This document shows positions 49,509 through 57,648 of a stretch of DNA of 64,000 bases, one piece after another. Below the pieces are notes generated by a model that worked only from the letters and a program-made list of their open reading frames with translations, had not been told where the DNA came from and did no database searches. The translations under genes and the position numbers were made by a program. The DNA lies in IMG/VR virus record IMGVR_UViG_3300042691_029560, positions 1 through 64,000 of that record. One strand, 5' to 3'. Each line of letters begins with the position of its first letter. The stretch's first letter is position 1. The stretch is from a virus.

Positions 49509-51269
49509 TTACTGTGGTTCCGCTAGCGGAATTGGGGGAGCCTCCGGGTTTTCCTGGGCCGGAGCTTCTTGGGTTGGAGCTCCAGAAGGCGGAATTGCCT
49601 CTGGAGTTGGAGCTGCGGGAGCAGCGGGAGCAGGAGCAGGGGCACCTGGTTGTGCGCCTTGTAGCATCTGCTCTAAGCCTGGTGGAATTGGAGCAACAGA
49701 AGTTGCCTGTGATGCAGCACGGGTAGCTTCCATAACTTCTGGAGCGACTGCGTTTAGCATAGCTTCGGTAAGTTCTGGCGTGATCATACCCTTGTCCATA
49801 ATCATACGTAGAGCAACCTCTGTTGGACTTGGTGCATCCTGGTCTGAGAATCCGTGAGCACGTCTCCAAGTGTCGTAAGAAACTGCCATCTTCTCAAAGC
49901 CGGAGTCTGCATCCATTGCTCGGTCGTTACGAGTTGCAACTGCTGATGGGTCATACCAAGCAACAACTCTCTCGACTTCAGTGCGCGAGAAGCCATTGGC
50001 TAGAAGATATGGACGTAAGTAAACAACAGTAATCGCGTCTGCAATTAAAAGCATAAGTGGCTCAATGTGAGCCTTGTAAAGTGACTCGTCGATCTGAACC
50101 GCGTTTGAATACTTTACGTTTGCAAGACCAGTAACAATATCCTTAGGAACGTCGAGACCTTGCAGAATACGCTCTAGTACACGGTCAGCACGTTGAACAA
50201 GAGTTGCATCGAATGAACGCTCAAACTTGAACTGCTTAATCTTGTCACCAAGTTCCGCAGGACCACGAATGATCAGAGGAACAACTGCGGATGCAGAATC
50301 CTCGTCACGAATCGGAGTGGTCATCGCGTCGATTAGCTGGTCTTCAAATTCATCTGCCATCTCTTCTGGAGTTGGTTCAGCGGAAAGACCGTCTGCATCA
50401 TCGTACGGATAACTAGGGTCCGGAGTTGCGGCTACGGACAGGCCATCAGGCAGATAGAGCGCACCAGCGTTCAGACGGGAACGCGCCGTTGCACGGAACG
50501 TACGGTTTAGCAACAGTAGTTCTGCGCAAAGATCTAGAAGGCCACGTAAGCTCGAATCAGCTTCTTCAGAAAAACGTGGGTGAGCTCGCCAAATACGTCC
50601 TACGAACGCATTTGGTGGAAGTTTGATTCCCATGCCTTTACCATTTGCTGTTCCTTGTAGCATTTCACGACGGGCAATAACAGAGTACTGTCCTTTGGTG
50701 TCAATCTGCAGTTCGTCAATTGATCGGATGTCCCAGCTTTCTGGAATTCCAGATCCTTGACGTTCAGGAATTTGTACTAGGTAGCATTCGCCGGTAACAG
50801 ATAGGTTTAGGGCGGCGTCACGCAAAAGACCAGCCTGGCCTCCGTATGCGGAGTCTAGACGTTGAATTGCACGTTCGGCTGCAGAAGCTAGACGTGCTTC
50901 AATTGCATCTGCGTTACGAATTGGAACTGGTGCTTCTGCTGGATCAATAATGACCGCAGCGTAAAGACGAATACGAGAAACAACGGAAGCAACGAGTGAG
51001 AATGCGTATTTGATTTCACCGATCGCGTCGTAGTATTCCCAAGCTTCAGACTGCCACGCAGAAGAAGATGCTAGACGTCGGTTTCTAAATTGCTCGGCTT
51101 CGGTTCTGTCGTTCAGTTTAATCTGAGCAGCGGCAGCAGTAAGTGGACGTGGTTGATTATAACTTACCGAGGTCGCCGGAATGTATCCGTACGGAATTGG
51201 TAGAGACGTAGGTGGAAGTGGCATCGAGGTATTGCGACTTCGAGCTGGTTCACGTCTGAAAACTGCCAT
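49509..51269 (-). CDS. Portal protein
   Basis: WQ.EAWEYYDAIGE..YA...SR.RL, RIWR.HPR...ADS, SRL..G.L.LPD, DEDSASAVVP motifs of actinophage portals; Pro-rich tail. Confidence 0.88.
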   Translation of the reverse strand: MAVFRREPARSRNTSMPLPPTSLPIPYGYIPATSVSYNQPRPLTAAAAQIKLNDRTEAEQFRNRRLASSSAWQSEAWEYYDAIGEIKYAFSLVASVVSRIRLYAAVIIDPAEAPVPIRNADAIEARLASAAERAIQRLDSAYGGQAGLLRDAALNLSVTGECYLVQIPERQGSGIPESWDIRSIDELQIDTKGQYSVIARREMLQGTANGKGMGIKLPPNAFVGRIWRAHPRFSEEADSSLRGLLDLCAELLLLNRTFRATARSRLNAGALYLPDGLSVAATPDPSYPYDDADGLSAEPTPEEMADEFEDQLIDAMTTPIRDEDSASAVVPLIIRGPAELGDKIKQFKFERSFDATLVQRADRVLERILQGLDVPKDIVTGLANVKYSNAVQIDESLYKAHIEPLMLLIADAITVVYLRPYLLANGFSRTEVERVVAWYDPSAVATRNDRAMDADSGFEKMAVSYDTWRRAHGFSDQDAPSPTEVALRMIMDKGMITPELTEAMLNAVAPEVMEATRAASQATSVAPIPPGLEQMLQGAQPGAPAPAPAAPAAPTPEAIPPSGAPTQEAPAQENPEAPPIPLAEPQ

Positions 51270-51292
51270 TGGAGGCTCCTGTAGTTATCTAG

Positions 51293-51586
51293 TTAGTTGT
51301 CGAGCTTGTTAGTTACTAGACCTGCAATTGCAGAAAGGGCTAGCGGCAGCAAGCAAACAAACGTTACTGATGGATATATTGTATATGAAATAGTGACTAG
51401 TGATCCGAACCAAATGCTCATACACCAGTTGCATGTGAATAAATAGCCGAATGTGGTTGATGGTGGAAAGCGTTTCCACACACGTTGACGTAGGGCATCA
51501 AAAATAACGTCGGTTGTAAATAGACGTGCAAGTCTAAACGTTCCGAGAGATAGAACTAAGAGTTGAATTAGGGTTAGATCGTTCAT
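51293..51586 (-). CDS. Membrane protein (DUF1360-like)
   Basis: FRLARL.T.D.IF..LR...YLFTC.WC.SIW; likely start at ATG 51586 (ATGA overlap) rather than 51658. Confidence 0.75.
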   Translation of the reverse strand: MNDLTLIQLLVLSLGTFRLARLFTTDVIFDALRQRVWKRFPPSTTFGYLFTCNWCMSIWFGSLVTISYTIYPSVTFVCLLPLALSAIAGLVTNKLDN

Positions 51587-51951
51587 TGAGTAGGGTCCAG
51601 TATCGAGCTTAGAGTGCGGTATGGATTCCACGCACGAAGACGTGAGCCACAGCCGCAAGAGTTATCTTTTTGGAATGCAAGCATCTTACCAGACGTCGTT
51701 AAAACGCGATATACGCCTGATTGAGAGTCTGCAGGAAAGTATGAAAGATACGTCTCGTGGAAGACGATCTGAGGGCCCTCTGGGGCATCTGAGGCCACTG
51801 TGACGTGTGTGTCAGAGACTATTACACGGGTCGTAGAGACGTAGAAGGTTCCAAGGATGTGAGAGATTGGATTTAGCTCAAAGACGTCCCTAAGGGCACC
51901 TGCAGGGGCCGCAGAAAAGTGTGCAGGAAAGACATCGGCTAGTATTCTCAT
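51583..51951 (-). CDS. Hypothetical protein with C-terminal CGCGS motif
   Basis: 122 aa; translationally coupled on both sides. Confidence 0.75.
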   Translation of the reverse strand: MRILADVFPAHFSAAPAGALRDVFELNPISHILGTFYVSTTRVIVSDTHVTVASDAPEGPQIVFHETYLSYFPADSQSGVYRVLTTSGKMLAFQKDNSCGCGSRLRAWNPYRTLSSILDPTQ

Positions 51952-52448
51952 TAGCTACCTAGTCTACGGGATATGGCTCGATGTGTGACTCCAGCTGCCC
52001 TGGCTATGTCAGCAATCGAGACGTTGTTGGCTCGAAGATCTTTAGCCATTTGAGTGAAAAGGGAATTGGCTACAGACTCAGGAGAAGATGACGCCATACC
52101 GGAACGGAAACGTCGGGCCAGGGGTGCTAGACGTCGGAGTTCTTCAGCGGTGATCGGAGGAACACCGGGGGATTTAGGAGTCTTTCTTTGATAGCCGTTG
52201 GCCGACGTTTTTAATGTTGGATCGGGAATAGGGACGTCGACGGTAACGTTTGGAGAAGGTCTATCCACCCAAGCTTTGACAGACGAACGTCCTTTCGGTG
52301 GATAGAGAGCGGACCCGATTGCGGAAAGGGTCCAACCCCCACGAAAGAGTTGCTGAACTCGGAGGACTTTGTGATCGTAGTCGAGAGAGTTTAGAAAAAG
52401 GGTTTCCGTTTGTGGAAGCTTTTGATTACGAGCTGGACGTCTGGACAT
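51951..52448 (-). CDS. Double helix-turn-helix DNA-binding protein
   Basis: GWTLSAIG and VSIADIARAAGVTHRAISRRL; paralogue of 55892..56455. Confidence 0.75.
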   Translation of the reverse strand: MSRRPARNQKLPQTETLFLNSLDYDHKVLRVQQLFRGGWTLSAIGSALYPPKGRSSVKAWVDRPSPNVTVDVPIPDPTLKTSANGYQRKTPKSPGVPPITAEELRRLAPLARRFRSGMASSSPESVANSLFTQMAKDLRANNVSIADIARAAGVTHRAISRRLGS

Positions 52449-52602
52449 GTGTACAGTTTATCAGAAGATGAGACATTGATTGCGGCTGTACTGTGCGTAA
52501 AAATGATACATTAACGTTTTTTGACTTTGGGCTGCGAGACGGCAACGCATGTTTTTCGCGTGCCGTCAAAACGTTTCCTGAATAATTCCTGAAAATCACA
52601 AG

Positions 52603-52621
52603 TTAGGTTAGGCTAACCTAA
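52603..52621. promoter_or_regulatory. DtxR/IdeR iron box 1
   Basis: TTAGGTTAGGCTAACCTAA, 19/19 match to the consensus TWAGGTWAGSCTWACCTWA. Confidence 0.85.
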
Positions 52622-52687
52622 GTTGTCTTGCGTGTAATGTGTGGGGGGTGGACGCAACTTCTAACGAACCAGACCAGACTTTATAAG

Positions 52688-52706
52688 TTAGGTTAGCCTA
52701 ACCTAA
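52688..52706. promoter_or_regulatory. DtxR/IdeR iron box 2
   Basis: TTAGGTTAGCCTAACCTAA, 19/19 match; reverse complement of box 1, 85 bp away. Confidence 0.85.
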
Positions 52707-52796
52707 CCAACTACAAACCTGACCAAGCCAAGCAAGTCATTTGGATACAAACAAAGCAACCCAAGCAAGTAGCATAACTTCCAACAGACTTCTAAC

Positions 52797-53103
52797 GAGC
52801 TGAGCTACGAGCTGAGCTACAAGCTAGCTATGAGCTGAGCTAGCTCAAAGCTACGAGCTGAGCTACGAGCTGAGCTACAAACTTCTAACGAGCTGAGCTG
52901 AGCTATGGGCTAGCTACTAGCTACGAGCTGAGCTTAGCTGAGCTATGAGCTACTAGCTATGAGCTGAGCTACGAGCTACAAGCTACGAGCTATGAGCTAC
53001 TAGCTATGAGCTGAGCTACGAGCCGAGCTGAGCTACGAGCTGAGCTGAGCTATGAGCTAGCTACTAGCTATGAGCTGAGCTGAGCTGAGCTACGAGCTAA
53101 GCT
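52797..53103. repeat. AGCT satellite, block 1
   Basis: Irregular tandem of GAGCT, GAGCTAC, GAGCTAT and TAGCT units; about 48 AGCT in ~307 bp. Confidence 0.95.
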
Positions 53104-53203
53104 AGCAAACTATCACCGCATCAACTTACAAAGTTCTATGGTGAAGCAGTAGTGATTAGTAATGACTAACAAACTTATTCCTGTCCGTCTAAACAACACA
53201 TAC

Positions 53204-53332
53204 GGATCCAAATGATAATAAAGCAATGATCAAATAAGCAAAGGCAAATAAATAATTGATCAACAATGATCACAAAGAGAGATCGTGATCAGCGATCATA
53301 AATAATGATCAAACCAATACAAATAACGATCC
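53204..53332. repeat. A-rich GATC cluster
   Basis: About 9 GATC (often TGATCA) in ~130 bp between the two AGCT blocks. Confidence 0.85.
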
Positions 53333-53344
53333 GTATGTCCGTGT

Positions 53345-53506
53345 ATGAGCTGAGCTATGAGCTGAGCTATCCAGCTATCCGTATGAGCTGAGCTATCAAC
53401 TTATAATGAGCTGAGCTATCCGTATGAGCTGAGCTATCAACTTATAATGAGCTGAGCTATCCGTATGAGCTGAGCTATGAGCTACAAGCTGAGCTGAGCT
53501 ATCCGT
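53345..53506. repeat. AGCT satellite, block 2, with a ~41-bp direct duplication
   Basis: About 19 AGCT; the unit ctatccgtatgagctgagctatcaacttataatgagctgag is repeated. Confidence 0.92.
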
Positions 53507-53508
53507 AT

Positions 53509-53551
53509 AAATAAATAATCCCCTATCAAGTTGATAAGGGATTATTTATTT
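53509..53551. terminator. Bidirectional intrinsic terminator
   Basis: AAATAAATAATCCC-CTATCAA-G-TTGATAA-GGGATTATTTATTT inverted repeat just after the 53561 stop. Confidence 0.8.
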
Positions 53552-53560
53552 AGATACAAA

Positions 53561-53899
53561 CTAACCGAATACTACATCGCCAAACAAAGCAACTTGGATA
53601 ATACAATCGGCGTCTTCGGCGTCATAATCAACATCGCTAGGGTCGCTAATAATCTGTTGGCATACTGCCTTAGTGTTGCTGTTGATAGATACTTCACCCG
53701 TAGCAAGTTTTTTGGCTGCGTCAAATAAGTCTTGATAGGTAATAGTTTTTGACGCCCAGCTCTCAACATACTCCGGCAATAGATACACCTTATAAGTTTG
53801 GCTGTCCGGATTATGCTGACCCTTGCTGACCCAATAGCCAATCCAATAGCCACCATCGTCAATAATGTTCTCAATCAGTTCTGCTGTTTCTTGATTCAC
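53561..53899 (-). CDS. Hypothetical early protein
   Basis: GAAAGGAA RBS; IGYW...DAEDADCIIQVALFGDVVFG. Confidence 0.8.
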   Translation of the reverse strand: MNQETAELIENIIDDGGYWIGYWVSKGQHNPDSQTYKVYLLPEYVESWASKTITYQDLFDAAKKLATGEVSINSNTKAVCQQIISDPSDVDYDAEDADCIIQVALFGDVVFG

Positions 53900-53936
53900 T
53901 AGATTTCCTTTCAGTAGTGATTACTAGATAACTATA

Positions 53937-54164
53937 CTACGCTTCGCACTGCCAGCAAGCACAATCGTTATCCCCATAGAGATAAACCCCGTGTTCGCAA
54001 TAATCAGTATTACGCTTCTGCTCTAACGCTTCGCCCATTTGATCAATACTAATGAGCAACCTTTCACTAGCGTTGCCTAGTGATAGTTTGCGATACGCTT
54101 CTTCCAAAGCATAACGCAAGGTTTCAGTGGAATAGTTTTTGTAAGGGTTTTCGGTGTTAGCCAT
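53937..54164 (-). CDS. Hypothetical protein with C-terminal CEHG...C..C metal motif
   Basis: GGAG RBS before MANTEN; Cys/His cluster. Confidence 0.7.
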   Translation of the reverse strand: MANTENPYKNYSTETLRYALEEAYRKLSLGNASERLLISIDQMGEALEQKRNTDYCEHGVYLYGDNDCACWQCEA

Positions 54165-54393
54165 TTTGCTCACCACACTTTCGGCAGTTAGTTTCTAGCG
54201 AATGGAAATAGTTTCCACATTGTTTTATTAGACCGAGCTTGGCTAATGTTCTAACTGCTCCTGCTAAACTAGCGACATTTTTACTAGCAACATCGTAAGG
54301 TCTAGCGTTAGCGATTTGCTCGGGTGTTCCAGCGTAGTTCCAACTAACAACATAGGTAAGCATTTTTCGTTGTTGCTGATTTAGTTTTAGCAC
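54157..54393 (-). CDS. Hypothetical early protein
   Basis: GAAAGGGAA RBS and promoter-like sequence upstream. Confidence 0.7.
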   Translation of the reverse strand: MLKLNQQQRKMLTYVVSWNYAGTPEQIANARPYDVASKNVASLAGAVRTLAKLGLIKQCGNYFHSLETNCRKCGEQNG

Positions 54394-54468
54394 TTAGGTT
54401 CCCTTTCCGTAGTGGTAAGTCAATGCTACTACATACAACCGACAAAGCAAGGGATTTATTCCCAGAGA

Positions 54469-55881
54469 TTATCTAACTTTAAAGATACCTTTTCTGGATC
54501 CACCAGCTTCGCTTCCACGGGGATTAGGTATCTTTCTACCAGCAACCGATCGGGCTGTAATCTTTCCACCTGTAAATCCCGACGGGGGTTTGATAAGCAA
54601 GGCAGTTAGGGCGTGAACCAGGGCGTCTACCCTGTCCGGTGATTTGCCTTCGCCAGGTATCCAAGAATACATCTGGCTTTCCAATGATCCGAGATAACCT
54701 ATGTGGTGAACCCTACCCTGCTCATAAGCCAATGTGACGGGTTCTGCTCTCAAGGCCTTTCCGTATTTGGAATGGACTTCTAATACTTTTATGTTTGGAT
54801 CTATTGTGTGGATCGCATTCTTCACCAATGCTCCACCTTGGTTCACTTCGGCTACAACAGGGCAACCCCACTTGCGAGCCATCTCTACAACCTTGTTAGC
54901 CCAAACATCGGGACTTCCGTGAACACTTGCGTCTTCCAATACCCAAGCTTGACGCTTGTATAAATCTCTCTCAGCAGTAGACGAAACTACGACAATCCCA
55001 CATTCATCTCTCGGGTTCTCAGCAACGCTAGGGTCAACACCAATGATCCGTAATGGAACGCCAAGTGGCATAGCACCTTGACGATACTGCTCAATCAGTT
55101 CTTCTGTCCACAAAGCACCCTCAACGCTATCTAACATCTCACCATAGATTTCTTGCTGAGCCAAGCGAGTTCCCTCATAAACACCCGTGATAGCGTCAAG
55201 ATAAGCACTAGATAAGTTCCCTGAGTTGTCCAATGTAGACCCACGAGTAATAACTACACGACCCGTCTTCGCTTCTTCTATCAACTTGTAAAGCAATGGA
55301 ACACGCTTCGGTGTTGTAGTGACCATAATCTTAGGATTAGATCCAAGACGAGTTCCAACACGCAAGTTATCAAAGGCAGTCATACCAGCTGCGTCTGGTG
55401 TCTGTCGCCAAGCAGCGATCTCATCTCCCCAAGCGTGAGTAAATTGTGGACCACGAAGCGAGTCTGGTTCATCTGCCGTGAAGCAAGTAGCAACATTTCC
55501 GTTAGGCCAAGTTAGTCTTCGCTTGGATGGTTCATACAAAGGTCTTTCACTAGGGGGAGTCACATTCATAATCCCCGACTCACCTTCTACGATTACATCT
55601 CTAACATCGGCAGCCGTTCTTGCGACTAATGCAAAGCGACGCTGTCCCGTAGTTGTATGCTTCGCTTCTTCACGAACCCATTCAGCAGCAGTTCTAGTCT
55701 TACCAGCACCACGACCAGCAATGTAAGCCCAAATGTTCCAATCACCAGCCGGGGTTTGCTGTTCAGGGCGACCCCAAGCAGACCAATCCCACATAAGCGT
55801 TTCCGGATCCATACCAGCCAATACTCTTGCTTGTTCTTCCGGAGATAGCAAAGCTATCTGTTCCATTAGGGACTTAGCCAT
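54469..55881 (-). CDS. terL: Terminase large subunit
   Basis: Walker A AGRGAGKT, LRGPQF, Walker B AWGDE, coupling motif TTTP, nuclease GVDPS and SPDRVDA. Confidence 0.95.
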   Translation of the reverse strand: MAKSLMEQIALLSPEEQARVLAGMDPETLMWDWSAWGRPEQQTPAGDWNIWAYIAGRGAGKTRTAAEWVREEAKHTTTGQRRFALVARTAADVRDVIVEGESGIMNVTPPSERPLYEPSKRRLTWPNGNVATCFTADEPDSLRGPQFTHAWGDEIAAWRQTPDAAGMTAFDNLRVGTRLGSNPKIMVTTTPKRVPLLYKLIEEAKTGRVVITRGSTLDNSGNLSSAYLDAITGVYEGTRLAQQEIYGEMLDSVEGALWTEELIEQYRQGAMPLGVPLRIIGVDPSVAENPRDECGIVVVSSTAERDLYKRQAWVLEDASVHGSPDVWANKVVEMARKWGCPVVAEVNQGGALVKNAIHTIDPNIKVLEVHSKYGKALRAEPVTLAYEQGRVHHIGYLGSLESQMYSWIPGEGKSPDRVDALVHALTALLIKPPSGFTGGKITARSVAGRKIPNPRGSEAGGSRKGIFKVR

Positions 55882-55891
55882 AAACTCCTAC

Positions 55892-56455
55892 TTACTCTTG
55901 GTCAATAATAACCCTGTTCTTATCTAGGATAGCAGAATACACTTGGCTCTTACCTGTCGTTTCTGTCTTATACCCGTATCTAGCAAGACGGAAACGAATA
56001 GCCCCGTGAGTAATCCCTAGCAACTTGGCTAAGCGATACACCGAAACTCCTTCTACTTCTACTGCCTTGTTTAGCAGATACGAGTATTCTTCGGCTTCCC
56101 TGCGATACTTCTTGCTATGAGAACGAACCTGTTGGGCTAGTGGTTGTAGTTCCACTAGGCGACTAAGCGTTTCATTACTAGGCAAGATAATAACTCTTGT
56201 AGATTTCACTACTTCGGGGGCGATAGGTGGTGTTGGTAGTGGAAACTCAACTGCCTTATCGGTATCAACGCTAGATTTGGCGATTTGCCTTGCTCTCTCT
56301 CTTGTAATCTCAAACGCAACGCCAATGCTCTCAAATGTCCAACCTAGACCCCTTAGAGCCTTTACATAGGCATCTCTAAGTTCTCTATCGGTGATACTTC
56401 TAGCAGTAGCGACTACTTCTTCGGGGATTTGGTGATTTTGCTTCACATAAGACAT
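55892..56455 (-). CDS. Double HTH DNA-binding protein (sigma region 4-like)
   Basis: GWTFESIG..FEITRERARQI and VSVYRLAKLLGITHGAIRFRL; directly upstream of terL. Confidence 0.8.
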   Translation of the reverse strand: MSYVKQNHQIPEEVVATARSITDRELRDAYVKALRGLGWTFESIGVAFEITRERARQIAKSSVDTDKAVEFPLPTPPIAPEVVKSTRVIILPSNETLSRLVELQPLAQQVRSHSKKYRREAEEYSYLLNKAVEVEGVSVYRLAKLLGITHGAIRFRLARYGYKTETTGKSQVYSAILDKNRVIIDQE

Positions 56456-56563
56456 AACTTTCTCCTTTTGTCGTGTGTATTTGTCTTTCTACAACATTAC
56501 AAGATAATAACGAGAAATGCCAACTCGCAAATGCGAATTGGCATTCCTTAGTAGCGAACAGAT

Positions 56564-57100
56564 CTATAAGACTACTCTTACATTAGGATCATTAGCAAAG
56601 ATCAGCTCAAATGTCTCGGCGTTGATCACGCCATCTCCCACTAGGCCACGATCAGCCTGGAACTGAGCGATCGCTGATTTAGTTACATCTCCGTAATACC
56701 CGTCTTTATCTTTCAGGGCTACAACATAACCAAGTTCATACAATCTTCGTTGTAAGTGGTGGATCGTTAGCGACTTGCGATTGTAGATGTTCTTGTAGAT
56801 ACACTTGTCCAAGAACACTTCATCAACTACGCCTAGTCCAACCACAGCTGGCCCTGCCGGGACAACTTCTTCTTGCTTGATAGGTGGAGCCGGAGTTGGA
56901 ACCATACCACCATCCGTGATCTCAATAACCGGAGCGATCTTTACCGGAATAGGATCTGGATCTACAACCGGCTCTTCTACCGGATCTACGACAGGTTCTT
57001 CTACCGGATCTTGATCAACAACCGGCTCTTGATCTACAACAAGATCATTAGTTAGATCCGGATCTTTATTTTCTTTATTATTTGCCACTGATTTCTCCAA
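56564..57100 (-). CDS. Peptidoglycan-binding domain protein with acidic Pro-rich N-terminal repeats
   Basis: LQRRLYELGY...DGYYG..TKSAIAQFQ...GL..DGVI...T (PG_binding_1 pattern); EPVVDP repeats. Confidence 0.85.
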   Translation of the reverse strand: MEKSVANNKENKDPDLTNDLVVDQEPVVDQDPVEEPVVDPVEEPVVDPDPIPVKIAPVIEITDGGMVPTPAPPIKQEEVVPAGPAVVGLGVVDEVFLDKCIYKNIYNRKSLTIHHLQRRLYELGYVVALKDKDGYYGDVTKSAIAQFQADRGLVGDGVINAETFELIFANDPNVRVVL

Positions 57101-57112
57101 TCTAATAAATGA

Positions 57113-57274
57113 TTACGCTCGCTGGGCAAGCAGAGCAAGTGAAATGCTTCCAAGACCTAAGACAACTGCGACAGCTGGATTAAAGAACGCAACGATCACA
57201 GCCAATCCTAGAAATACAACAGAAAAAATGGCCGGCCACACCAAATCACGCAACCGGATAAGCCAACTAGACAT
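57113..57274 (-). CDS. Small membrane protein, 2 TM (53 aa), not in the ORF track
   Basis: MSSWLIRLRDLVWPAIFSVVFLGLAVIVAFFNPAVAVVLGLGSISLALLAQRA. Confidence 0.7.
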   Translation of the reverse strand: MSSWLIRLRDLVWPAIFSVVFLGLAVIVAFFNPAVAVVLGLGSISLALLAQRA

Positions 57275-57275
57275 A

Positions 57276-57437
57276 CTAATCTTCTTTCTTCGGGGAAACT
57301 ACCCCAAGTAGAGTTTGTGGCTCCGGATCATTCTTCCGGGCCATACGATCAGCATACAGGAATAAGATCCCATAAGAGATCCCATTGATCAATAAGATCG
57401 ATCCAATGATCGCAAGTAAAAACCATAAAAGTTCCAT
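57276..57437 (-). CDS. Small membrane protein, 1 TM (53 aa), not in the ORF track
   Basis: MELLWFLLAIIGSILLINGISYGILFLYADRMARKNDPEPQTLLGVVSPKKED; TAATG coupling. Confidence 0.7.
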   Translation of the reverse strand: MELLWFLLAIIGSILLINGISYGILFLYADRMARKNDPEPQTLLGVVSPKKED

Positions 57438-57589
57438 TAGTCCACCAAATCTTCATCAAAAGTAGAATACCAATCATCTTTCTCAGATCCGTATAGGTAT
57501 AAAACCTTAGCAATCGGCAGCAGCACAGCTACGGCCAGGATCAAAAAGATAAACACCCCTAGGGTGAATAAAAGGATTGTAAGGATCAT
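57437..57589 (-). CDS. Small membrane protein, 1 TM (50 aa), not in the ORF track
   Basis: MILTILLFTLGVFIFLILAVAVLLPIAKVLYLYGSEKDDWYSTFDEDLVD; apparently little or no leader. Confidence 0.65.
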   Translation of the reverse strand: MILTILLFTLGVFIFLILAVAVLLPIAKVLYLYGSEKDDWYSTFDEDLVD

Positions 57590-57607
57590 AAAGAAATGAT
57601 ACCTTAG

Positions 57608-57641
57608 AAAAAACCCCCCTAGTTTATGACTAAGGGGGTTA
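57608..57641 (-). terminator. Intrinsic terminator
   Basis: AACCCCCTTAG-TCATAAA-CTAGGGGGGTT followed by TTTT on the minus strand. Confidence 0.8.
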
Positions 57642-57648
57642 TCTACTA

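Noticed and set aside
49504-49869. Alternative-frame ORF at the portal 3' end as a frameshift product
   Set aside because: Low-complexity S/R/C translation of the Pro/Ala-rich portal tail; no slip site identified.
52797-53506. CRISPR array
   Set aside because: Units are 4-7 bp with no unique ~30-bp spacers, and there are no cas genes in the window.
27963-55881. Inteins or homing endonucleases explaining the oversized head genes or terminase
   Set aside because: No intein splice-junction, LAGLIDADG or HNH motifs recognised; TerL is normal length.
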